Notes: generated by a model from the letters alone, not told the origin. Shown: positions 13,370 to 26,892, counted from the whole stretch's first letter. The stretch is DNA of 62,118 bases, filler included, from Choristocarpus tenellus KU-1152 (GCA_964200185.2; 7 parts of 7 records of this genome joined end to end with filler, not necessarily neighbours in it); one strand, 5' to 3'. Translations and numbers: made by a program.

Positions 13370-14030
13370 ACATTCCAGCTGACTGTGTCTGAGTTGAAGA
13401 CAAAGACCTTGTTCCTTCAACCTCCCGACAAGGCCACAGACATCACCCATACCCGGGCTTTGACCCCAGAGCTACAGGCAGCATGAAAAGTGTGTTTACC
13501 CTGGAGGCACCCATAAGTGATGGTGCTGGTATCAATGCTGAGATCAGCTAACAGGTTTAAAATGCCCGGGACTATTTCTGCAAGTATGTCCAGAAGGTAA
13601 TTTATGATGGAACCTCAGGCGCATCACTGAAGCTTATGATTCAAAGGCTCCAAGCATCCCGGGGGTGGGAGGGGCCGCGGGGCCCAAGCGGGAGGTTGAG
13701 AATCAAAGGCCCCCGGGGTGCCTGGGGGGGGGGGGGGGGGGGGGGGTCTACACCAGGGTGTCCATTCAGGTCCTGACCAGGAAAAGTGCACTTACATTAT
13801 CCATCCGACGCCCACAACCAAATCACACAAAAATCGCGACATGGAAAAATGGGTCTCGAATGGACAGTTACCACCCCCACCCCCATCCGTCCGTCCCAGA
13901 TACCTTGAGCCAAACACTAAAGGCTGATTGAAGCGCTTGAGGCACTCTTGCTGTGTGGTTGTATTATATAGACACTTTTGCTAGGTCCACTATATGAAGC
14001 TTCACTCGCATCATCACATACTGTTATACA
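13370..14030 (+). mobile_element. Decayed RTE-like LINE reverse-transcriptase 3' fragment
   Basis: Frameshifted motifs resembling KTKTL, AEI..R...A..F.KY, ASLKL, EALL.GC, HY.KL..HH.L; interrupted by MITE A. Confidence 0.7.
13646..13911 (+). mobile_element. MITE family A copy with expanded G-rich left arm
   Basis: GGCTCCAAGCATCC...AGATACCTTGAGCC; TSD AAA. Confidence 0.8.
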
Positions 14031-16479
14031 TTTATGACTCTGGGAAGAAGGCTGGGTGTGACAGTAATGAGGTGACTTGTGCGAAATTGGAGAGTCTTGT
14101 TGACGTGGTCAGTTGCACTATGGGCGATGGACGACTTCACAAGTTGATGTTTGGGGACATTGCACATTGAAAGTAGAAGCAAGGTGGACAGGAGGACCAC
14201 TGGCGGATGTGCCTGGAAAGTGACCTTGAGTAGTTTGGGATCATGTTCAAGGAACAGGGGGAAAAGAGACATCAATCCAATACAGATGCGCATGAGTGTG
14301 TAGTTGATGGATGAATCAGATTATCTTCTTGTGCACTCTGAGCTTAGCAACCAGAGTTGACAGGAGACTGCAGTCAACAGGATCATATGCTTCCTGTACA
14401 TCAATTAGGCACATAAACAGAGGTGCCCTTTTACCACCCAACCTCCTGAAGGGCATCAAGAGTATACATCTGGTCCTATCACCTTCTCATCAGCTAAGGC
14501 ACAGGTTGCTTCAGTCACTTCCAGGATCAACAAATGCCATGTTAGTGCATTATTGGTCAAAGAGTTCAACAGTAATAGGTTTAGGGTCACCAACTTGGCA
14601 TTTAGGAATGCTCAAAGGTCAATGGATAAGTGAAGTGTTCTCTGCATTGATTTTGAGGGGAAATGTATATATATATACTCAACACCAGATTTCTCTTCCA
14701 GGAAAATCTGGTTTCAATGATCCAAAGCCCTCGTGGCAAGCAGTATGAAGTGTTCATCTGCATTATCCCAGTTGTGTTTACTCCACAAGAAACAACAGAA
14801 ACTTCAAAAAACATGTCAAGGCTTCATTGTGGAGTACCACCATGGCAGGTACAGTACAAGATTTGAGAGGGGAGCTGGAGGGACAAGTGGTGAGATGAAC
14901 ACACAAGAAGCATCGTGGGAATGAGTGGAGTTGGTGTACAGTGTCCTGGCGTAACAGATAGTTGCAGGTAGGTATGAGAGAAGTAGTGCAGTGTGTACAT
15001 CTGTGACCATGGGGTGGGACAGTCCCCAGGGTAAGTTGCGAATAAATAGTAATAGCAACAATTACAATCATGATAGTGATGGTATTAAAATAATGGCACA
15101 AGTGTGAAGCACAGATAACTCAAGCAAACGGGGGCTTTAATTCACTCTGCCTAGCTTATGGGCCTAGTTAGATGTAGTCACAAGAGTACGCAATACACAC
15201 ACACACACAAACACACCAGGTTCATGGCAAAATACTAGTATTACTACTGTATGCTCCTAGTTGTAGCGACATGGTTTCTTTTAACAACTTTCATTTTAGA
15301 CTGATGCTCACACATGGGGATGCACTAGGAGTAGATGAGGCCGGCATGTATGAGTAGGAGGGACACAGTGGGAGCAAGCAGGTGGTGAGGAGAAAGGCAG
15401 AGAACTGGCGTTTAAGGAAGGACTGACTGGGACTTAAGGCATGATGTATATTGCACAAGGTTCAAACAAATTTCAACTTAAGACAAGCCAAATCGACTTC
15501 TCTCGTTGATAGTTTCACATCCATCCAGACCGTATCTTGCTAGCATAAGAGCCAAACCTAGAGAGGCTCAAAGGGGCAATGGGAAATATGGGCACTGCCT
15601 GTAGCGGGTTCTGGGCCTCATCCCACGACCATCTCCGAATCTCCCTATTCCATGCGTGAACCAGCAACTGTTGTTGGAAATAACGATGTAAGATTATGTA
15701 CTTGAATCTGCAAATCTAGGGACTGAGGAAAGATAAGGCGGGATGAATGAACGCTGAGTAATCAGGTGATGCGTCAATGATATGAACATAGCAATGCCCA
15801 CGAGGTGTTCCAAAAAATCGCCTATGGTCACCCGTGTCAGAAGAGCAGGAGGGACACATCCAACAATTGTAGGGACGGGAGTTCTTGATATACTGCCCCT
15901 ACCTGACGTCAGGGCATTGCGAGGTATGAAATTGAGAGATGGTGGAGCAGTCGGAGGGATGCTAGGTCCAGCAAGGTGTTGACCAATGTGGTGAGACAGG
16001 GAGTTGGTGAGTCTGGATGAAGTGGAGGTCCAACGTGTCTCAACTAGTGGAGCAGATTGGGACGCTGTGTACAAACTCACCGTTTCCTCACTTGTTCGCG
16101 TTGCATGGTGGCTTCTTCGCGAAGGCCCTCGACCTGAAGCCAGATAAAATTTTGGCACAAAGAAGAGAGAAAATACCATCAACACCACCACCAGCACTAT
16201 CATCAAGGGTCAAAGGTCGGTTCATCTATTAGATCACCAACACCAAAATACACGTTCTAACAAAAATTCCAGACGGATTAGAAAAACTTGCACTCCGTCC
16301 GGACATCGCTTGGCAACCTCACCTCCTTCTACTTAATGGTGGGCTCCATGTAATCATGTGATTTCCTTAACTCCATCGACCTCGCATCACCTGCACCACA
16401 CGAGTTGGTTTACTGCATAGACTAATGCGCGCCACCCGTAACCAGTACGCTACTTAATAGATGCCGAAGATCATTTCGA

Positions 16480-17270
16480 AATCACTTCCACCGGTTACCA
16501 ATTCTCCCCATGTTCTCCACGCCTCCGAGGTTCCCAAGCATCAAGACCTTGGGCAGTCTCTCTCCCCCATACATTCATCTCACGTACGTGTGCATAGCTG
16601 ACCATGAGAAGAGGAGCCTCCGTGTCCGCACAGTCACCTCGGTCGTAGATACTATCATGCCCATTCTCTCTGCGAGCATGTCCGTTGTTTGAGATATTGC
16701 GTGCAGATCCTGATTGAACGCAGTGTGAGGGTACAAACCTTGATATGCAATACTGGAATGTTCTCAGCATATTGTAGATATCCCAAACAATAGCAATAGA
16801 ACCTCCAATACTTCAGCCTTCAACATCCATATCTTGATATCGAGGGATACTCCTGTGACTTATCGTTCGTACTATATATGTAGTGTACTTGCGGAAACAA
16901 CCCCCCCCCCGACCTTTTTGGATCCGCCACTTCCTGTAATATGGCATTATCATTAACTACACCTACACAAAAGAACTTGTCTTGAAAGTCTGGACTTCAG
17001 TCTACTCTGCATTATGCCTGTTGAATCTTTGGAGGTCCAAAGCATGATACACAGTATCTGCCTTCTCGTCGTCAGGTTCAACAAGGATGATCCCGCACCT
17101 TCGTGATCAATGTAATCATCCTCGATGTCGACATCGTTGTTTGACCTAACTCCTCGTGCATTTCCCGCAACGCCCATGTCGTCAGCACACGGTATGCCGT
17201 ACAGGTACTGTCCAAGTGGTTCCCATCCCCTGTCCTCCCTCCTGAATGTCTTCCTCCACACCTGTCATAT
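16480..17270 (-). mobile_element. Decayed RTE-like LINE RT fragment
   Basis: LYGIPCADDMGV (degenerate YADD), CFRKY and VSLDIKIWMLKAEVLEVLL on the minus strand. Confidence 0.75.
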
Positions 17271-17356
17271 CCACAATGGGTATGGAATGGAGATGTTAAG
17301 GTGAGGGGTTATTCTTCCGCAAAATCCATTGGCAGTATTCGACGACTTGGGTGTGT

Positions 17357-17660
17357 AAAACTTCCATTTTGGGGCTGATCGGGTATATAAAAATATATCA
17401 AAACGTACAAATTACAAAAATAGGTTTTGGTTAAATATGCTGAACATTCCTCCTCGTATTTCTTTTCTTCCTTTCAGACGATCCCTTAAAATGTATATCT
17501 CAACATCTATAGGGTAGCATAAAAATTGTGTATTACTATCATCAAAACTTCCATTTTGATGCTGATCGGAAATATATAAATACGACAAAATAAACAAATT
17601 ACAATTATCTTTGGATATGAGGCATATTCCTTCCCTTTATATTTCTTTCCTTCCCTGAAC
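17357..17660. repeat. Diverged ~187-bp-period direct duplication
   Basis: AAAACTTCCATTTTG..GCTGATCGG..ACAAATTACAA..ATTCCT at 17357 and 17544. Confidence 0.7.
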
Positions 17661-17863
17661 TATGTTCTCTAGCATCTATAAGGTATCATAATAATTGTAT
17701 GCTACCATCATCAACAAATAGCATATGGTTGTAGAGCTGATGGTATTTTTGATACAAAATGGAATGCTCAAGATAGAACACCAACAAAAAAACAAAAATA
17801 CGAGGCAATTACGCACATTCTTCACCAAATTTGTGTTCCAAATTACTAAATGATTCTCAGTAA

Positions 17864-19168
17864 ATGGCGAGGTTGGAGCCAAAAAGAAGGTTCTCAAGGG
17901 CCATAATTTTACAAAATTTATCCACCATACCATTGTATATGTCCCTTTCTCGCATTCCATCCTTCCCTCAATCAACAGAACCATTGTTATCTTCAACGGA
18001 AGTGCGGATGTCCTTGAGTCTTTCAGTAAAAAATCCGTCACCATGTCGAACCGAAACAACATGCAACTCCTTCCCAAAACTAGATTGTCACCCAAACACA
18101 CGCCCAAACCCTCCACCAACCAGTATGATACCTAAACGTGTCAAGAAGATGCTGGAAGATCGACATAGGCGAGTAAGAGCACTTGGACTTGTAGGGGGAC
18201 TGGGGCTACTTCAGCCAAAAGATATGAAAGAACTTCAACTGACTGCCTTAGCAATATGCGCAGAATGTCGACATATGGTTGGATTCCACATCCGGGCCTC
18301 TGAGGAGACAATATCGTCATTATCCGACATCATCAACCAACAGCGACCTACAAAGAGCGACAGCTTATCTCGTGTGCCACTCCTTCGCGTGAAAAAGATA
18401 ACCTGGCAACTTGAGAGACTTAGTCCCGACACCGACACAGCGATCGGTGGCGTAGTAGTGTCAAATTCCCTGATACAAAACGCAACAAATCCGGGAATGA
18501 GCTTCGGTCAGAGTTTGGATAAGATGATGTCTCCTACTTTCCTACAGGATTTGACCTTTGGTGATGTCTTCAATGAGGCTGTGGACAAGGTGAAGTGGCC
18601 GGCCACCCTCCGATGCCTGACCTTCGGTAGGCAATACAATCAGGCCGTGGTCAATGTAAAGTGGCCAGCAGGACTTCGTGAGCTGACCTTTGGCAAATGT
18701 TTCAACCAGCCCTTGCAAGGGATGATATGGCCGGAACAGCTTCAACGACTCACGTTTGGTTGGGAATTCGACCAGTCCTTTGAGGGAGTATTGTGGCCAT
18801 CGACACTCCAGGAGCTGACTCTCGGGGGAGTGTTCAATAAGTCTTTGGATGGATTGACATTACCGAGGGGCCTCCGGCAACTCACATTCGGAAAGTACTT
18901 CAACCAACAGGTAGCGAGGGTAGTGTGGCCGCCAGGACTCCAGGAGTTGACATTTGGAGCATTCTTCAACCAGGCTGTAGAAGGTGTGGTGTGGCCAGCA
19001 GGACTTGAGCGATTAACCTTTGGGCTGTACTTCAGGCAGAGTATAGAGAGGGTGGTGTGGCCGCCAGGGCTCCAGCAATTGACGTTCGGCTTTTTCTTCA
19101 ACGGACCACTGGAAGGGGTGGTGTGGCCGTCCGGGCTCCAGCAGTTGACATTTGGGAGGTGCTTCAAT
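17864..19168 (+). CDS. FNIP-repeat (22-aa LRR-like) protein, apparently intronless, truncated by contig end; true start may be M at 18126
   Basis: At least 10 tandem repeats LxxLTFGxxFNQxxxxVxWPxx from 18542; no stop before the gap. Confidence 0.9.
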
Positions 19169-19268
19169 NNNNNNNNNNNNNNNNNNNNNNNNNNNNNNNN
19201 NNNNNNNNNNNNTTAATTAATTAANNNNNNNNNNNNNNNNNNNNNNNNNNNNNNNNNNNNNNNNNNNN
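19169..19268. other. Artificial contig linker
   Basis: N44-TTAATTAATTAA-N44. Confidence 0.98.
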
Positions 19269-19991
19269 TTTATTGTCAAGTGGTTCACGGTAGGGTGTTC
19301 CCTCCCCCTCCCCCCCCCCCCTCCCTTTTAACCTTATCCATAACCCTACCGAAGACCTGGATGCTTGTCTCATGGCATGCCTCTCCCCACTTGTTTGTAC
19401 CATCCTTATTTATGTTTCTAGTGATGTGAATCAAAGAGTTAAATCACTTTTATTTAGTTTGAGTGTCTATTTATTGAATCAAAGAGTTAAATCATCTCGA
19501 AGGCAGGCCGAATACTAAATTGCACTTCAATTGTACATGGTACATGGTACAAGCAGGGCATGAATCAAAGCATGTTTGTCACTGAGCGCTGCAGACAATC
19601 AGCACACATTTACACACACACACACACACACACACATACATACAAAATGCTGTAAATTTTCCCCTCAATTTTCTGTCTTGATTGATCGAATCTGTGAATC
19701 CCTTCTTATAGATCGAATCTGTGATTCATAGCGCAACATAATATATATTTTTTGGCTTTTGATTGTGTGGAGTAAGCACAGTAACATGATTTACCTCGGG
19801 TGACTTCTTTTTTTTCTGAAAGAACTAACTGCAAGTGATATCACAGTTGAATACAGTAATATATATATTATTATTATTACTATTATTATTATTATTTTGG
19901 AATATTTTAAAAATCATCGTGAGAGATTGAATGTTAGGGGTTTCCCATGACGTCCATTATTTCTTTTCTTTTTGTTTAAAAAAAAAAACAG

Positions 19992-22017
19992 AAACGCAAG
20001 ACAGAAGATGAGGCGATGTCGGAGGATGAGGCTGTGGAGGCACGGTTCACTAGGGTTGGAGGAGAGGGGGGTCAAGAACGAGGAGGTGATAGTTCTGAAG
20101 GCGATGGGGGAGGAGAGGACGCCCTTAGCTCATCAGAGTCGGAGGAAGACGGTGGACTGGACAGCCAGGTGATTCTGATGGTAGAGGGTGGGGGGAAGGG
20201 GAGGGTGAGGGAGGGCTTGAATCACAGGTGTGTACGCCTTCCGTGTATAAAACAATTTGTGCCTGTGGAGTATTCCTATGAGCTTGTTGTGTGGGTGCTT
20301 TTGTCCAGACTGTGTGAGTGTTTTTTTTAGGGTTGGTAATTAAAGTTCCGTGTTAGGGTTATGGTGGTGCTCTTTTTTGTTTGTTTTTTGTTTGGGACTT
20401 TTTTCTTTTTCTTTTTGGTGCAGTAGAGTAGGTGTTGTAGTAGAGACTCTGGAAAACTGAGGTTAGGGTTAGGGTTAGTTGTACGATTTAGGAGACACGG
20501 AGTGGGTTTTGGCAACTCCTGTTGTCACGATGCTGTACGATTGTTTGTGAAGAAATGACTATGCCAGCACTATTACCATTGCAATCATTTTAATTTTTGT
20601 TCAAGATCGTAGTTTTGTGTTGCTAGACGATGAAAATTGTGACATTTTTGGGAGGATGGGGGGGAGAGGAGAACCACGTCATGCTGTGGCACATCAGTGG
20701 TCACCATGTATGTGCTTGTCCTACCCACCACCCAGCCTTTACACTCACAATATGCTCCATCGACCCATATCCACCTCCAAGCCCCTCCTTGACAGTTCGA
20801 TGCCCTTCACAAAAAAACGCAAAAAAGCCTCCCCATGATTGCTACCATCTCTATCAAATCGTTTCATTTTTGGTGTTTCAACAACAGCAATTGTGACTTC
20901 AATTACTGTTGCAAGTCTTACAGGCGTGTTTAACCCTGTTCTTAAACCAAAACACGTCTTTTTTACATACCTTCCCTAGTTCCCCTCTTCCCCTCCCTCC
21001 CAACTCACTCACACCATACCTCACCACTCTCATGGCCTCTCCCGACTGGCTGCTACTACCTGTCAGATGCCACGACTGGCAAAGAACCCAATGAAGAAAG
21101 TCGGTGTCGTCAAAGAGAAGGACAAGGCTAAGAGTGTACAGGGCAGGAAGGCGGTTGCAGCCAAGAAACGCGCTCCTGGATTCTATGAGCTAAATGAAGA
21201 GGAAGATGCTGCAGAGATGGTTGGGCTAGGGAGTTCCAAGGACAGGGAGGCGCAGTCACGGAAGCGAAGGTGGTTTGGTTTTTCGGGGTTTCCACGATGC
21301 AGAGCAGGGATTTCACTCTTTTTTTTTTTCTTGGCGTACCTCTCGTGCATTTTTTTTTGTTTTGAGTTGTTTAGAGCAAGGGCTCTGATTTCCGTCTTGT
21401 TGTAAGGTGTTTTGACATGGGGGAATTGAAGCCTGCACCAGTACATACCATTCCTGTATCGTCTCCCTTGATGCTGCTTCACATGTTGTCTCTGCTGTCC
21501 TACGTCATGGATGATGGTAGCGCCCAACTCAACAAAGTATTTCACTTTACCCACTTTACCCACTTTCCCTACCCCCCTACTGCTGGCCTTACACTCTACC
21601 AATACCAGTCCACTCATCCACCCCCACCCCCTTTGAAATCCCCATTCACTACCCCCAGCCCTGCCTGGCCCCCCTGCTGCCTCCTATTGCTACCCTTTGT
21701 CTCCTCCTGAAATTTAGGCGTGCAAACAAAATCCGCGAAATCCTAACCCCCAACCCTAACCCTAATCAAAACACACTTTTTGAAGGCTGCGGGAGACGCC
21801 TCTCTCAGAACGCATGAAGCTGGTGGAGCAAGGAGAGGGGGCGATTCTCAATGACAGGGTTATTCAGACCAACGCGGGAATGGTCCGAGAATTTTCTTTT
21901 GCGCCTGCAGCTGGCGGCAGGAAGGGTGGGAAGGAGGAAGGGCGGAGGAAGGGGGACGATCCTACGGAGATCTCATCTTTTGGGGGAGGGGGGGGGGGGG
22001 GGGGAAGACCACAGTGA
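19992..22017 (+). CDS. NOL10: 3' exons of nucleolar protein 10/Enp2-like gene (19992-20168, 21067-21269, 21786-~22017)
   Basis: Phase-consistent GT-AG exons; acidic tract then PGFYELNEEE..TPLSERMK..GMVREFSFAP, resembling the NOL10 C-terminus (FYEIK..LEDRL..LTF). Stop position uncertain because of the poly-G. Confidence 0.6.
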
Positions 22018-22034
22018 GGGGCAAAACATTGAAG

Positions 22035-22134
22035 NNNNNNNNNNNNNNNNNNNNNNNNNNNNNNNNNNNNNNNNNNNNTTAATTAATTAANNNNNNNNNN
22101 NNNNNNNNNNNNNNNNNNNNNNNNNNNNNNNNNN
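22035..22134. other. Artificial contig linker
   Basis: N44-TTAATTAATTAA-N44. Confidence 0.98.
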
Positions 22135-23871
22135 GTATTCTTATGTTTAGGACATTTTATGTACACATAATATGTATATAGTTTTCATTGGTTTCCCCCT
22201 GACACATCTGCAAAATGTCAGAGTGCATAATAATAAAATATACTTATGTTGCAGCTGCGCAGGGCATCGTTACATCTTTACAATGCATTCGCCTAAGCTT
22301 GACATGTTCTCTCTTATATAGGTACACCTACTGTATCCAACACATTTATAGCGTCTGGTGGACGTTAATTTACTAGAACTAGAGAAAACTTTTGTTTTCA
22401 GTGACTTGGAGAGATTATGTTCGCAAAAAAACTCGTGAAAAACGTAAATAATAGGAAAATTCAGAGGCTGGACGGAAAAGAGGAAGGACCATACAAGGAA
22501 CAACACAACAAACTTAAGAATATTATTGTAATGAGTGACAGATCGTTGAGTTCGTTGTGAATGCTATCAAACACTGACCATACATCCAATCGTTCTATCT
22601 TTTTGATCGAAATCAGATTTCATTAAAAATTCTAACGTTGAGGGCTTGAATGCTCTCAGTATTGAAAACTTTCTCTTAATGGATTTTGATTTTGGTGGAA
22701 TTTTGTGTAAAGAGTATTGATCTAGTTGTACAACTATATTTTGAAAAACGGAAAAACTGAGAATCACCTTTCTTATGAGGAACTACTTTTTGAAAAGCAA
22801 CAGACTTGACAACTGAGAACAGACAACGCGAAGGAACTACGCGTGCGTTGATGCTCCAAATAGGTATAAGTACTGAGGGTCCCTGTGTACCAGAACGGAA
22901 TTTATCAAAGGTCGGAAGGCGTGTGGAGGGGAAGACCGTGGCTCTCGCTCTCTCTGATTGGTTAGAGAGGAATCTATCCTAGGCAATGCGATCTGTAGGG
23001 GGCTGGAGGACAAGGCAGACAACCCATGATGCCAGCTTGGAATGGCACAGGCAGTTCAATGCTGGGTAGACACCTTCATGGTACATTTCGCCTCTACATC
23101 CCTATTTCAACCCTTCTCCGGTTCTCTGCCCAGGCTCTTGCTGACACTGAAATTCTCCACTCTGCTGGCCTTCCTCCCTTGTTTTGCGTTCTGTTTATCG
23201 GGTGAACTCTCCGTAGCAGCATCAGCAGACGATCAAGATGAAGTCACTATCGTGCTGAAGCCTAGTAGTCCAAAGAATCATGATCTACTCTGGCGAGGAA
23301 CACGCAAGGTGCTGACCTTCCCTCGTTTTTCTCGAAATCCTTATCCCCTGTTGTACCCCCGTCTTATCCCAGAAGTAATCGAATCACACCCATGCAGCCC
23401 TGTCGGTGAAATTTTTCCCTCCCTTTTTTCCATCCTTCCTAGGAATGGCATAATCAGCTTGATTACCTCAGAGAGATAGCATTCAATGACATGGAATGAT
23501 AGACCCAATCCTGTACACAACCTTGCCCAGTACCTCCAACGAACCATCATTCCCCCTCCCCAACTGGAGTCAAGGTGCTCCCAGGATGCGATGGGTCAAG
23601 CGCCTCCCCCAAGGAGCGAAGATCAATATTTGGTATTGTTTCAGCGTTATTGCCCAAGACGGGGGCTCTTGGGCTGCCCAAGAAGTCCCTTACTGGAGGG
23701 GAGGCAATAGAGACCACTGTAAGTGCATAAAGCACCTTCGAATGTCGTGAGATATGGCGTCTCAGGAGGGTGGTCGTTGGTCGTTGTTTGTTGCGTCAAG
23801 TGAACTTCCTGTTTTCTTCTGTTCCTCACTACACGATTATTGGGTTAACATGAGTTGACCACCTCCTACAG

Positions 23872-25526
23872 ACAGGACATGACAGCCCTACAGTCCGAAG
23901 GTGCATTGAAGGGCTGGATTTCTCTAGGTGCAAGAACGTGATTCAGGTGGATGGGGTTGACCCGCCCCCTGACTGTGCCTGGTCCCAATTCCTTTTGACG
24001 ACACTTGTCTTAAAACCGACCACGGTGTCAGATTTCCACATAGAGCGATTCTTCGAGGTGAGGTATGGTGTGGACTTACAGTGATGATGAAGCTGCTTTG
24101 GGTGTGTTTTGTTTGTGTGCCCTTGTGTCTGTATTGGTTCTCAACCCCCCATTGAGACTGTTGTGAAGGGGTGGTAATACTGATGTATCAAGGGCTGGAT
24201 GGCGATGGGGGATGTTATCTATGGGCATTGTGTGTGTTGTGTGTGTTTGCGCATGCCACTGTGCAGAATACTCTGTACATGAATATATTTATTTGCAACA
24301 CCTTTTTACATGTTTACTTGGAAATATATATATATATATTTTCAAGTTATCATGCTTCACTCATTTGTAGTACATCACATAAACACTTCATGGAAATAGT
24401 GAACTAATTCTTGATACCCCGTGGTTGAAAAGACAATGGAGATGCATGGCTGTGGGCACATGATACTGACTGTTCCAGTTATGGGTAACATGTATCTCGC
24501 TGATTTTGATCCTGGCTATGATCACACCACCTGAACCTGTTCTGAATTAACATGCCTTCAAACAATTTCAAATGCCTCAGCACCGCTGTTCCTTCCTCTG
24601 AAGAGATGATAGTCTCTGTGCTTGATGGAGAACTTTTGGTGTGTAATGCTGCACTACAATGGTTTGTGTAAAAGTATCTCCTATAAGTTAATTTTGGTAT
24701 AGGTGTCTCTTTGCGTGAGCTCACTTCTTACTCCCCAATGCAAAAATGTAGAGGGGGTCGCCCCACCCTACACTTCACCTGATGGCCCTTTGGTGTTGTA
24801 TTACTCCACCCTTCCTCAAGCTACAAATTTCCTCAGTTTATTATACTTTTTCAGGAGCAAGATCAAGTGCCACAGTCCAAACCCCCCATCAGGTGCTGTG
24901 TACCTTGACATGGAGAGTAGCTCCAGTTATTCTGAGTCTCCTCTAGAGAATGCACTTGCAGCTCATGTACACCTTCCTGGCTGGAGTTTAGCCAATTTTT
25001 CCCTTCCTGCTCTTCCCATACCTCTTTCTTTTGTGTCTATGCAATTGGGATGACCCAACAGATCGGCTTGGCTGGTGCCACCATTGGGAGCGGGAAAGAC
25101 AATACTGTTTGCCTACCCTCTGACATTGACATAGCACCTTTCAAACATGCCCAACTGAGCTATCATACCAGGGTGGTTGTTGATGAAAGTGTGGAAGTTA
25201 ACGGGGAGAGGTCAATGAGGGGCGAAAGGCAAGGGGTGTGGGGGGAATTGTCTGGGGGAGGACTGGAGGGAGGAGGGGAGAGGGAGGAGGATATCACTGA
25301 GGCGATTGATGGTGTGTCCAACACAAAAGCTCGAGGGGAGATTGAGCAGTCGCAGCAGCAAAAGCAAAAGCAAAAGCAAGAGGAGGGAGTGGACAAGGCC
25401 AGAGGCAAGAAGAGGTGCAGCAGAGGAGAAGGATTCTTTCTCTCAGATGGAGGCCTTGGAAGGGATTTTGCGACTGCCGTGAGGATTCAGGAAGGATCGG
25501 ACGATAGGGACTGGCCATTGCTGCAG
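23872..25526 (+). CDS. Internal exons of a multi-exon gene with an FHA-like domain (23872-24057; 25062-25526)
   Basis: Open AG-GT bounded exons; GATIGSGKDNTVCLPSD..HAQLSY..FFLSD resembles the FHA beta-sandwich; other exons unresolved. Confidence 0.5.
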
Positions 25527-26683
25527 GTCATGGACTGGTGTTGGTTAAATTCCATTCAACCGATAGATCACTCTTTTCCTCCCTTGTCGTTTCTTTTGTC
25601 CAATTCGACTCTAACGAACCTGGTAGGACGATCTGTTTTTTGGTTTCTTTTCCTCGAGCCCGATAGACGAAACTGGAGATCAGGTTTCCACGTGGAAGTA
25701 GATTGTGAGTTGTATCAGAGACGGTGCCCACAAATTTATTTCCTCATTGCTGTATATCAATTTGTTCCCTCGGAGTGGGCCGGCCGGCTGGCTCGCAGTG
25801 TGCGTATGTATGACTGAGGGGCGAAAGGCATGGGAAGTGGGCGATTTGTGGTATGGTCGGTGTGACCTTGGTGCATATGGGTTGAGAATCAATGGCACTG
25901 GTGTGAGAGTCGATCACGTGTGAGTTTAGTTGCGACCGTTTCTGGTACGTAGGTCCTACCCATCGTTCTGTGGTACTTTGGCTTGGAGCGTCTTACAAGC
26001 GACGAGATATCAGAGATTGTGCTGCCCGTCTTCTCATCTTGGCGGCTCTCAACAACGTACGGACCTTGCCGTCTGTGTGTCCTCCTGCCCTGCATGTACT
26101 AAAAAATCGTTCGGGTGTTGCAGGCAAAGAGCGGTGTGTTCGATTGTAGAATATTTGTTAGTTTTTTTTTTTGTTTTTTTTTTCGGAACGCACAAAGGTG
26201 ATGCAATGAAGGGAAGTACGGATGGGCGGGCGGGGGAGAGCATACGCAAGGCCGCGAGGTGTTGGTGGTGGCAGAGTTCGTTAAAGAGTCTGTGCAAGAT
26301 GTGCACAACGATTCAGGCGATTTTGCATACCCACCCCCCAGTTCAAAAGTTGATGCTGGCGCCCACACTAGAATAGTCACTCAATACCACTGATGTGAAC
26401 GCGCGAGGTACGAGATGGCGAGCATACGCGCGAAAACGAGACGTAGTGGAAGTAATGGAACTCCCCAGTCCTCACTGCGCTTCCAACACTGAAGAAAAGG
26501 CGCATCGTGTGGTTGTGCCGAGTGTGAGAGGGGATGCATTTTCACTGTACATAGGAGGAGCCGGGCTAGGAGAAGGCAGGCCGGGGGGGGGGGGGGGGGG
26601 GGGCCCGGGTTTTTTTTTCAGGAAAAAAAAAAAAAAAAAAAGAATTTGTGTTTAAGTGGGAAAAGTATGGGGAGGGGATGTAA

Positions 26684-26783
26684 NNNNNNNNNNNNNNNNN
26701 NNNNNNNNNNNNNNNNNNNNNNNNNNNTTAATTAATTAANNNNNNNNNNNNNNNNNNNNNNNNNNNNNNNNNNNNNNNNNNNN
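26684..26783. other. Artificial contig linker
   Basis: N44-TTAATTAATTAA-N44. Confidence 0.98.
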
Positions 26784-26892
26784 AAATAAATGAACACTAA
26801 CAACCAGTGCAGTGCACCAATCAACAGTCAGTACAAGCTGGTAGATGTGTATCATATCAACAAGAAACAAATGAGTAGCCTATGTTTTAACA
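26784..26892. mobile_element. Partial LTR end (same family as solo LTR 48233-48936)
   Basis: Ends in CAAATGAGTAGCCTATGTTTTAACA; a further end is at ~32150-32315. Confidence 0.7.

Noticed and set aside
15694-16206. 170-aa S/T/P-rich ORF
   Set aside because: No recognisable motif or consistent splice structure on either strand.
18742-19167. Repetitive antisense ORF
   Set aside because: Shadow of the FNIP repeats on the opposite strand.
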